The translations under genes and the position numbers were made by a program. This document shows positions 8,833 through 15,786 of a stretch of 64,000 nt of DNA, one piece after another (position 1 is the stretch's first letter; every line of letters begins with the position of its first letter). The stretch lies in assembly GCA_049647125.1 (NCBI GenBank), contig JBARXC010000082.1, positions 26,476 to 90,475 on the forward strand. Direction: 5' to 3'. The DNA comes from a bacterium. Its GTDB lineage: Bacteria; Hydrothermota; Tepidihabitantia; SM23-42. The notes beneath the pieces are model-generated. The model was given only the letters and a program-made list of their open reading frames with translations. It did not search any database and was not told where the DNA came from.

Positions 8833-9441
8833 TCATATTTCACCCCTTTCTTTGAAAGGCATTAACTCTTTCTTCAGGTTTCGCTTTGCCCTGACTAATA
8901 ATGACTCAACTGCAGAAATTGAAGTATGCATGATTACTGCAATCTCTGCATAAGAATAACTTTCGTATTTAGAAAGGATAAAAGCGATTTTCTGATTGGC
9001 CGGCAAAGTATCAACGGCGTTTTGAATGATTGCCATCTTCTGTTTTTGCTTGAATATTTTGTCCGGCATAGTTGACTCGGGAGCACAAAATTCTCGTGCT
9101 ATCTTGGTTGATGCCAATGTCACGTCATCATCAAGAGATCTTAGTATGAGCCTTTTCTTCATTCTATGCTTCTTGCAGACATTTACTGTAATTCGATAAA
9201 GCCATGTCGAAAATCTTGCCTTTCCTTTGAATGTCTTCGCCGCTTTATAGATTTTAACGAACACATCTTGCGTCAGCTCCTCAGCTTCGTGATATGAACC
9301 GATATACCGGTAGATCAGATTAAATATCTTGTGCTCGTATCTGTTGAATATCGTTCTGAATGCGAATTCATCCTTTAGCGCAACTTTTTTTATCAGGGTC
9401 TCATCCGCTTCTTGGTCAAGGTTCAAGTTATGATCTGCCAT
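8833..9441 (-). CDS. ECF-type RNA polymerase sigma-70 factor
   Basis: Region 2 (YRYIGSYHEAEELTQDVFVKIYK) and region 4 HTH (SYAEIAVIMHTSISAVESLLVRAKRNLKK). ATG at 9441 preferred over the upstream TTG at 9444. Confidence 0.85.
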   Translation of the reverse strand: MADHNLNLDQEADETLIKKVALKDEFAFRTIFNRYEHKIFNLIYRYIGSYHEAEELTQDVFVKIYKAAKTFKGKARFSTWLYRITVNVCKKHRMKKRLILRSLDDDVTLASTKIAREFCAPESTMPDKIFKQKQKMAIIQNAVDTLPANQKIAFILSKYESYSYAEIAVIMHTSISAVESLLVRAKRNLKKELMPFKERGEI

Positions 9442-9489
9442 CAATCTAATATCTATATTCCAGTTCCATTTATCATCTCAATGATTCAC

Positions 9490-9732
9490 TTATTCATTCT
9501 CCTCTTCAACCCATTTCTTTATATCGTCTTTGGAAGGTATCTTACCTGAACACTTAATCTTATCATTAATGACCAAACCCGGTGTCGCAAGAATATTATA
9601 ACCCATTATCTCTTTTATCTCAGTGACCTTTTGAACATCTGCTGCGACGTTCATTTCAGCAAGGACATCAATTGTCCTCTTTTCAACCTCCTGGCATCTC
9701 GGACAGCCAGGACCTAATATTCTTATCTTCAT
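9490..9732 (-). CDS. Small thioredoxin-fold protein (redox-active disulfide protein 2 type)
   Basis: 80 aa. MKIRILGPGCPRCQ CxxC motif near the N-terminus, typical of the TM0996/MTH895-like family often found beside COG0701 permeases. Confidence 0.8.
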   Translation of the reverse strand: MKIRILGPGCPRCQEVEKRTIDVLAEMNVAADVQKVTEIKEIMGYNILATPGLVINDKIKCSGKIPSKDDIKKWVEEENE

Positions 9733-9783
9733 AATGTCCTCCTACCTTTATAGCGAAAGGTTTGATTCATACAGATTAAAGTA

Positions 9784-9819
9784 GATACAAACAGATATCC
9801 GTCTTAATCCGTTTGTATC
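9784..9819 (-). other. Intercistronic stem-loop between ccdA and the small thioredoxin gene
   Basis: 9-bp perfect inverted repeat gatacaaac (9784-9792) / gtttgtatc (9811-9819) with an 18-nt loop. Confidence 0.35.
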
Positions 9820-9835
9820 CAGAACAATTTTTTAT

Positions 9836-10534
9836 TCATGATGTTGCGATCAAGTAGATCCCGCCGAGGATTACCAGTACGCCGCATATCCATTTGACAA
9901 TAACTGCGCCCTTCGATCTCTGAGTCCAGTGCAAATAATGACTTACCGTTTCAGTCAGGGAACCAGCAAGGACAATCAACAAGCAGTGTCCGATACCATA
10001 GATAAGCAGTAACCCAATCGCAAAGTAGATTCTCTCGGCAGCAACCTTAAAGACAACACCCAACATCGGCGCCATATAAGCAAATGTGCAGGGACCCAGA
10101 GCCAAACCAAAAATCAGTCCAAGAATGAACGCACCAAACAACCCTCTTCTCTTTGTTTTCTTGCCGCCAGGTCCTGACCAGGGCAGAGGAATTACATCAA
10201 GCAGATGCAATCCTATAACAAAGAAAATCACCGCAACAATATAATTACCATAAGCTCCGATATCGCCCAGCATACGACCTGCCAGTGCAGTTATCACACC
10301 GACCAGTCCAATAGTTACAAGAATACCAATGGCAAAAAGTACTGATATCCAGAATGCCCTTCTAAGGGATATTCGACCCTGCTCATCAATGTAGCCAATA
10401 ATTAATGGAATACTGGCAAGATGACAGGGGCTCAAGAGTATACTGAGTATCCCCCAGATAAATGCTGCGATAAGAGCGATATAAGGAGCGTCTTCAATTG
10501 CCTTGGTCAACCAGGAAAAAATTTCTATTATCAT
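9836..10534 (-). CDS. ccdA: Cytochrome c biogenesis/thiol-disulfide electron transporter CcdA (DsbD-core family)
   Basis: Six TM helices. Conserved membrane-embedded Cys in LSPCHLASIP and LGPCTFAYMAP. The start codon directly abuts the stop of the upstream thioredoxin-fusion gene. Confidence 0.8.
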   Translation of the reverse strand: MIIEIFSWLTKAIEDAPYIALIAAFIWGILSILLSPCHLASIPLIIGYIDEQGRISLRRAFWISVLFAIGILVTIGLVGVITALAGRMLGDIGAYGNYIVAVIFFVIGLHLLDVIPLPWSGPGGKKTKRRGLFGAFILGLIFGLALGPCTFAYMAPMLGVVFKVAAERIYFAIGLLLIYGIGHCLLIVLAGSLTETVSHYLHWTQRSKGAVIVKWICGVLVILGGIYLIATS

Positions 10535-11584
10535 TTAGTCCACGCCCATTTCTTTTAGTTTTGCGATAATATCTGTCTCCGACATAAACCCTTGATGCCG
10601 GTAAACCTCTTTTCCATCCGAGTCAAAAAAGATCTGTGTCGGAATCATCATAACCCGGTACTTTCTTGACAAGGAACGATACTCGTCTACATCAAGAATG
10701 AGAATCGATGCCCTGCCCTCATATTCTTCCGCTAATTTCTTGAGAATCGGTTCCATCATCTTGCAGGGCATACAGGTTCCTTTACCAAAGTCGGCAACAA
10801 CCGGCTGCCCGCGTTTGAGCGCCTTATTGAGCGGATTATCTGCCGCAAGCGCCTCCTGCATTTTTATCCATTTTTCATTCCTGGTAATTTGCGCGTTTGA
10901 TTTCAGTTTATTGATGTATGCTTCTATCGCCAGCCGCTGTTTCTCCTCCTGTGCCATTGGACGTAGTTGTTCCTTGACGGACTCATAGTCTTTGTTTGGA
11001 AGTTGGTTTTTAGATTGCTCAAAAAACTCTTTTAATTCTGACTCAGTCACTGATACATCGGCAATGATTTGTTTAATCAGTAGATTGATTATGATTTCTT
11101 CTGTCTGATTAGGATTCTGGACAATAGCTGTTTTATATTCAGGTAGCTCATGAATTTTTTCCCGTTTCGCATCCTGGAGTAATAATTGCCTGACGATAAG
11201 TTCTTCCAGAAAACCTGCTTTATCACCTTTAAAATATTCCTTATTTTGTGGCGGTAGAGATTCAAATTGCTGATTAAATAATTCAAGCGTGATCTTTTCA
11301 CTATTAACAACAGCCAGCGTACCTTTGTTTGAAGGTGGTTTACTTTCAACAGTCCCGCTCTTTTTATTAACCAGTTCTGGCTCAGTGTTCAAACTCTCGG
11401 CGTCAATTTTCTCCTTTGGTAAACTATGCCAGGCAAGAGATTCTTCAGCATATCCCGGTATCTCAGCAAGATCCTCAGCCGTTTCTTTTCCTGTGCTTGC
11501 AGATTTAAACACTATCACAACCACCAACACCAAAACCACTATGATGCCAATTCTGTAATACATTGGACTGCGGCTTTGTTTCAT
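10535..11584 (-). CDS. Membrane-anchored SurA_N-like chaperone domain fused to a C-terminal thioredoxin domain
   Basis: N-terminal TM. Middle region resembles SurA/PpiD N-terminal chaperone segments (EKITLELFNQQFESLPPQNKEYFKG...LIVRQLLLQDAKREKI). C-terminal Trx fold with TCMPCK (nt 10763-10774) and cis-Pro MIPTQIFF. Confidence 0.65.
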   Translation of the reverse strand: MKQSRSPMYYRIGIIVVLVLVVVIVFKSASTGKETAEDLAEIPGYAEESLAWHSLPKEKIDAESLNTEPELVNKKSGTVESKPPSNKGTLAVVNSEKITLELFNQQFESLPPQNKEYFKGDKAGFLEELIVRQLLLQDAKREKIHELPEYKTAIVQNPNQTEEIIINLLIKQIIADVSVTESELKEFFEQSKNQLPNKDYESVKEQLRPMAQEEKQRLAIEAYINKLKSNAQITRNEKWIKMQEALAADNPLNKALKRGQPVVADFGKGTCMPCKMMEPILKKLAEEYEGRASILILDVDEYRSLSRKYRVMMIPTQIFFDSDGKEVYRHQGFMSETDIIAKLKEMGVD

Positions 11585-11609
11585 TTTTGTACTCCTTTGA
11601 GTCCTTCAG

Positions 11610-12776
11610 CTAAAATAACATGCCGTACGCCCACCCAATGATCGTTGATAGTATCACAACTAGCAAAATATAAGTCAGGGTCTTTTTGGTACCCATAATA
11701 CTTCGGATGACTAACATATTGGGTAGGCTCAATGCCGGTCCGGCAAGTAGTAATGCCAGGGCAGGTCCCTTGCCCATACCGCTACCCAGTAATCCCTGCA
11801 GAATTGGCACCTCTGTGAGTGTCGCAAAGTACATAAATGCACCAGAGATCGAGGCAAAGAAATTTGCCCATAGAGAATTACCGCCCACAAGCATCGCAAC
11901 ATATTTCGCTGGGATGATACCCGAATCTGTATTAGGCCTACCAAGGAAAAACCCCGCAACTAACACTCCTGCAAAAAGGAGAGGAAGTATCTGCTTTGCA
12001 AAAAACCATGTCGATTGAACCCAATCAGTTATTTCATTTTTCCTGAACCATTTAAAGAGCATGACCAGTAGAACAAGAAGCGCTCCTCCGGTTAGATACC
12101 AGTGGATATTATATATCGTATTCCATAAGCCAACCGGGTCTTTTGGTTTTGTCCAGGCAGCAAATATTAAGATGAGAATCAGGACCAGAAAATACAAGCC
12201 ATTTTGCAACAAGCTGCGTGGTTTTTCTGCTGCTGTATTACCGACGGTTAATTTTCCTTCTGGTTGAACTTTTTTTGCAAAGAATAATGACATGAGAATC
12301 CCAATGATGATCGAAAAGGCAACCGCACCAACGGCTCGGGCAATCCCCAATTCATAACCAAGCACACGTGCAGTTAGTATTATAGCCAGGATATTTATCG
12401 CTGGACCTGCATACAGGAATGCAATTGCCGGTCCAATACCTGCACCCCGCGTATAGATGCCGGCAAACATAGGCAGTACAGTACAAGAACAGACCGCAAG
12501 GATACTGCCGGACACAGATGCTATACCGTAAGCAAGCATCTTATTCGCTTTTGCGCCAAAGTATTTAATCACCGCTTCCTTGGAAATAAAAATACTTATC
12601 GCACCGGCAATAAAAAATGCCGGGATCAAGCAGAATAGAACATGCTCCCGCGCATATTCCTGCACCATGAAAAATGCTTCGAGGATCGCACCCATTATCC
12701 TGACGCCGTGCAAGGGCACAAAGTAAAGCACTAAAAAAACAACGATGAAAAGAATCAGCTTTATTCTATCTTTCAT
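11610..12776 (-). CDS. COG0701-type permease (ArsP-like two-repeat membrane permease)
   Basis: 388 aa, about 10 TM. Cys pair in AVCSCTVLPMF. 4-nt overlap with the upstream arsR-family gene. The ArsR / thioredoxin-like neighbour context is typical of this family. Confidence 0.7.
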   Translation of the reverse strand: MKDRIKLILFIVVFLVLYFVPLHGVRIMGAILEAFFMVQEYAREHVLFCLIPAFFIAGAISIFISKEAVIKYFGAKANKMLAYGIASVSGSILAVCSCTVLPMFAGIYTRGAGIGPAIAFLYAGPAINILAIILTARVLGYELGIARAVGAVAFSIIIGILMSLFFAKKVQPEGKLTVGNTAAEKPRSLLQNGLYFLVLILILIFAAWTKPKDPVGLWNTIYNIHWYLTGGALLVLLVMLFKWFRKNEITDWVQSTWFFAKQILPLLFAGVLVAGFFLGRPNTDSGIIPAKYVAMLVGGNSLWANFFASISGAFMYFATLTEVPILQGLLGSGMGKGPALALLLAGPALSLPNMLVIRSIMGTKKTLTYILLVVILSTIIGWAYGMLF

Positions 12777-13138
12777 CCATTCTCCTTATTGTCTTCTCTC
12801 GCGTACTGCTTTCTTTCTTTTGCTAAAATCCGTAAGATGTCTTTGCTCTTGCTTAGGTTCTGAACAATACAGTCGTCAACTATATCAATCATTTTGAAAA
12901 TCCCAGGGTTTGTGACTTCATACCAGACTTCTATTCCTCTCTTTTCACTGCGCACAATATTAGCATTTCTCAATATCGCCAAGTGATGGGACACGTTAGA
13001 CTGTTCACCATTCACATATGGTATGATCTTACACACACAGCACGTACCATCTCGCAATTTCTCCAGGATTTTAAGACGTAACGGATGCGCCAGGGCATTG
13101 AAGACCTCTGCCTCGATTTCATGAATATTTTTTTTCAT
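12773..13138 (-). CDS. ArsR/SmtB-family metalloregulator
   Basis: Winged HTH: LAHPLRLKILEKLRDGTCCVCKI...SNVSHHLAILRNANIV. The CCVC lies at the position of the ArsR ELCVCDL metal site. Confidence 0.85.
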   Translation of the reverse strand: MKKNIHEIEAEVFNALAHPLRLKILEKLRDGTCCVCKIIPYVNGEQSNVSHHLAILRNANIVRSEKRGIEVWYEVTNPGIFKMIDIVDDCIVQNLSKSKDILRILAKERKQYAREDNKENG

Positions 13139-13166
13139 ATATGATTATATGTAAATATAGTCATAT
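13139..13166. promoter_or_regulatory. Candidate ArsR operator (imperfect palindrome) overlapping the arsR promoter
   Basis: atatgattatat (13139-13150) - gtaa - atatagtcatat (13155-13166). 11/12 positions are complementary. It overlaps the -10 box and spacer of the minus-strand promoter at 13144-13171. Confidence 0.45.
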
Positions 13167-13171
13167 GTCAA
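13144..13171 (-). promoter_or_regulatory. Sigma70-type promoter of the arsR-permease operon (leaderless geometry)
   Basis: Minus strand: TTGACA (13171-13166) - 16 nt - TATAAT (13149-13144). Only 5 nt to the ATG at 13138, with no SD. Confidence 0.55.
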
Positions 13172-13255
13172 GAATCAAGATAACCGTGGTGTCTATCATA
13201 ATTCCCCTGGTTGATTTGCATTGAAATAAGTTGGAAGCTTGAAATCTAGCTAGTA

Positions 13256-13828
13256 ATGAGTATATTTCTTGGCATGGGTGTTTTCTCTATCTTTTCAATT
13301 GCCGTTGGCCTGGCTATGGATGCCTGTGCAGTATCCATTGCGAGCGGCACGAGCGTTCAGCGTGTGAAACTAGGAAATGCTATTATAATGGCTGCTCTCT
13401 TTGGTGCGTTCCAGGCACTCATGCCTGTTGCAGGCTGGTTTCTGGGACGCGGTATCCATAGTTTGATATCCAGTATAGATCACTGGATAGCTTTTGGTTT
13501 GCTCAGCTTAATTGGCGGCAAAATGATTATCGAATCATTCAATCCAGGACATGCACGGAAAAGAACGAATCCCTTCCAGCTGGATGTCTTGGTCCTTCTC
13601 GCCCTGGCAACAAGCATTGATGCCTTTTGTGTTGGCATTAGTCTTTCGCTCTTGTGTGCTTCGATTCTCCTTCCTGTCATAGTTATCGGCAGCATCACTT
13701 TTTTCCTCTCTCTAATAAGTGTCTACGTAGGCAAGAAACTAGGAGGGTTACTAAGAAATAGGGTCGAATTCCTGGGTGGCGTTATTCTCATCTGTATAGG
13801 TTTCAAAATATTGATTGAACATCTTTGA
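13256..13828 (+). CDS. mntP: Manganese efflux pump MntP
   Basis: 190 aa, 6 TM, duplicated DUF204 repeats with GLAMDACAVSIA and ATSIDAFCVGIS motifs. Confidence 0.8.
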   Translation: MSIFLGMGVFSIFSIAVGLAMDACAVSIASGTSVQRVKLGNAIIMAALFGAFQALMPVAGWFLGRGIHSLISSIDHWIAFGLLSLIGGKMIIESFNPGHARKRTNPFQLDVLVLLALATSIDAFCVGISLSLLCASILLPVIVIGSITFFLSLISVYVGKKLGGLLRNRVEFLGGVILICIGFKILIEHL

Positions 13829-13894
13829 GAAAAACAGTCTTTGGGTAAGGGTGAGGATACTAGACTCAAAATTGGAAATCAATGGATTTGCGAT

Positions 13895-14236
13895 TTATCT
13901 ATTATGATCCGGGCAAGTCACCTGACCGGTCACTGGATCATATTGATATGGGCTGCCAGTTACCGGACAGAAGAACTCGTCTTCTGATAGGTCTTCCAGA
14001 TCACTTAGATTCTGGGGGTATTGTCCATGGTCTACGCGATATATTTGCAGCGAGGTCTCAATGCGTCGAATTTGAGAAAGACACTGTACGCCTTTCCCTC
14101 TTTCAATAGGTGTCTTGATGGTCTGGTCAGTCCCGCCAGTGTATTGGGTGATCGCCACATAAACAATAATCGCTGCTATTACGAGAGAAATCAAAAGAGC
14201 AATCACGGCCATGCCCTGGGTTCTTTTCTGTTTCAT
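13895..14236 (-). CDS. Small membrane-anchored protein with GspG/pseudopilin-like C-terminal region (non-canonical N-terminus)
   Basis: 113 aa. N-terminal hydrophobic helix after ...RTQG/MAVIALLISLVIAAI (no Glu at +5). SLQIYRVDHGQYPQNLSDL resembles the T2SS GspG core (YxLDnGxYP). Cys pair near the C-terminus. Confidence 0.45.
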   Translation of the reverse strand: MKQKRTQGMAVIALLISLVIAAIIVYVAITQYTGGTDQTIKTPIERGKGVQCLSQIRRIETSLQIYRVDHGQYPQNLSDLEDLSEDEFFCPVTGSPYQYDPVTGQVTCPDHNR

Positions 14237-14244
14237 AGTATACT

Positions 14245-14272
14245 ATTATACAATAACGCAAAGCATTGTCAA
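14245..14272 (-). promoter_or_regulatory. Sigma70-type promoter (leaderless geometry) for the pseudopilin-like gene
   Basis: Minus strand: TTGACA (14272-14267) - 16 nt - TATAAT (14250-14245). 8 nt to the ATG at 14236, with no SD. Confidence 0.5.
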
Positions 14273-14339
14273 TATGGCATCAAAAAACAGGGCTAAGAGA
14301 AGGTGGATCAGTGAGATTCGTTTTAAGGCAATCGGGTAC

Positions 14340-14367
14340 TTGACATTTTTTGATATTTGGCTATAAT
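14340..14367 (+). promoter_or_regulatory. Sigma70-type promoter of the rpsH-led ribosomal protein operon
   Basis: TTGACA (14340-14345) - 16 nt - TATAAT (14362-14367). A ~40-nt leader with AAGGAGG precedes the rpsH ATG at 14410. Confidence 0.6.
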
Positions 14368-14409
14368 ACCAGTCTATGAACAAAATGAAAAGTAATCTAA
14401 GGAGGTTCA

Positions 14410-14793
14410 ATGGACCCGATTGCTGACATGTTAACGATCATACGTAATGGATGTCGAGCGCATAAGATTGAAGTAACTGTTCCTTTCTCGCGGCTGAAGA
14501 CTGAAATCTTAAGGGTCTTGCTTGAAGATGGCTTCATTAATAATTTCACGCTGGACTCCAAGAAAAAGAAAATCACCATCATGTTAAAGTATGCGAAGAA
14601 TGGTGAATCGACAATAAGAAATCTCGAACGCATATCAAAATGTTCTCGTCGCGTGTATGTTCCGAAATCGGAAATCCCCTACGTCTTGGGTGGCTTAGGC
14701 ACAGCAATTCTGACTACATCAGAAGGCGTTCTTAGTGACCGAGAAGCCCGGCGCAAGCAAATTGGTGGAGAAGTAATAACGTATGTTTACTGA
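14410..14793 (+). CDS. rpsH: 30S ribosomal protein S8
   Basis: MDPIADMLTIIRNG... canonical S8 N-terminus, plus position in the operon. Confidence 0.95.
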   Translation: MDPIADMLTIIRNGCRAHKIEVTVPFSRLKTEILRVLLEDGFINNFTLDSKKKKITIMLKYAKNGESTIRNLERISKCSRRVYVPKSEIPYVLGGLGTAILTTSEGVLSDREARRKQIGGEVITYVY

Positions 14794-14849
14794 TAAATGT
14801 CCGTTTGCATCTACCAAAATCCGTTTGCATCAACCCGCCGGAGGGTAAG

Positions 14850-15419
14850 ATGGCGAAACAGCGTTTCAGTCCAGTTGCGATACCTGATAAGGTGAAGGTA
14901 AATTTATCAGATTCCCTACTTAAAGTACAGGGTCCGCTCGGCAGTTTGGAGATGAACATAAGTTCAAAGGTTATTGTAGACATAAAAGATAACGAAATTT
15001 TCATTAAAAATAGGGGAAATAGTAAAGAATCATCATCCCACCAAGGAACCACGAGATCATTGATAAGGAATATGGTGAGCGGTGTTGTCAAAGAATTCGA
15101 GAAGACACTTATCATTCAAGGAACTGGTTATCGCGCTCAGCTGGGTGGCTCAAACCTGCAACTTTTCTTAGGTTACTCACAACCAAAAACCGTTACCTTA
15201 CCCAAGCAAATCAAGTGCGAGTTAAAAGTTATCAAGAGTGCAGAAAAAGGAGACCTTACTTACATAACAATAAAAGGGATAAGTAAACAAGTTGTCGGTG
15301 ATGTTGCGGCGGAAATAAAAAAAACGAGAAAACCAGACCCCTACAAACACAAGGGCATACGATATGCCAAAGAGTTCATCAGGAAAAAGGTCGGCAAACG
15401 TGCGGTTGTACAGACCTAA
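14850..15419 (+). CDS. rplF: 50S ribosomal protein L6
   Basis: MAKQRFSPVAIPDKVKV... GGAGGG SD upstream of the ATG at 14850. The track ORF start at 14805 is an upstream extension. Confidence 0.9.
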   Translation: MAKQRFSPVAIPDKVKVNLSDSLLKVQGPLGSLEMNISSKVIVDIKDNEIFIKNRGNSKESSSHQGTTRSLIRNMVSGVVKEFEKTLIIQGTGYRAQLGGSNLQLFLGYSQPKTVTLPKQIKCELKVIKSAEKGDLTYITIKGISKQVVGDVAAEIKKTRKPDPYKHKGIRYAKEFIRKKVGKRAVVQT

Positions 15420-15431
15420 GGAGTTGCCGAT

Positions 15432-15776
15432 ATGAAATTAGCCGGTCGAGAAAGACGCCATAAAAGAATTCGTAAGAAGATTTTCGGCACTAAGGAACGA
15501 CCAAGGCTCTGCGTCTTTCGGAGCAACCGGCACATCTATGCAATGGTTATTGACGACAGTCAACAAAAAGTAGTCCTCAGCACTTCCTCTTTAGGTGACA
15601 AAAGCCTCAATAAGAAGAAAAAAACCGAGGTGGCCCTAGAAATAGGTAAGAAAATCGGTAAGCTGGTTATTGAACGGGGTATTAAAAAAGTAACTTTTGA
15701 TCGCGCAGGGTATAAATATCATGGTCGTGTCAAAGCAATAGCCGAAGGATCCAGAAAAGCCGGCTTGAAATTTTAG
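15432..15776 (+). CDS. rplR: 50S ribosomal protein L18
   Basis: [33 protein letters not shown] and C-terminal [14 protein letters not shown] motifs. Confidence 0.95.
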   Translation: MKLAGRERRHKRIRKKIFGTKERPRLCVFRSNRHIYAMVIDDSQQKVVLSTSSLGDKSLNKKKKTEVALEIGKKIGKLVIERGIKKVTFDRAGYKYHGRVKAIAEGSRKAGLKF

Positions 15777-15786
15777 AGGAGGTTGC

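Noticed and set aside
9445-9489. GGAAC (minus strand, 9467-9463) as an ECF-type autoregulated -35 for the sigma gene
   Set aside because: It lies only 22 nt from the start codon, too close for a -35/-10/TSS arrangement. No matching -10 (CGT/TCNAA) sits at the right spacing.
13172-13255. Looked for a yybP-ykoY Mn riboswitch upstream of mntP
   Set aside because: The 5' region is short and AT-rich and lacks the conserved GGGGAGUAG / GAGACAU-type cores and four-helix potential. No riboswitch is supported.
14805-14849. Upstream extension of the rplF ORF, and similar extensions for rpsM (20181), rpsD (20992), iorB (59208) and the PorV-like gene (37907)
   Set aside because: The family-typical N-termini and SD sequences are found at the internal starts. 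The extensions overlap upstream genes or spacers.
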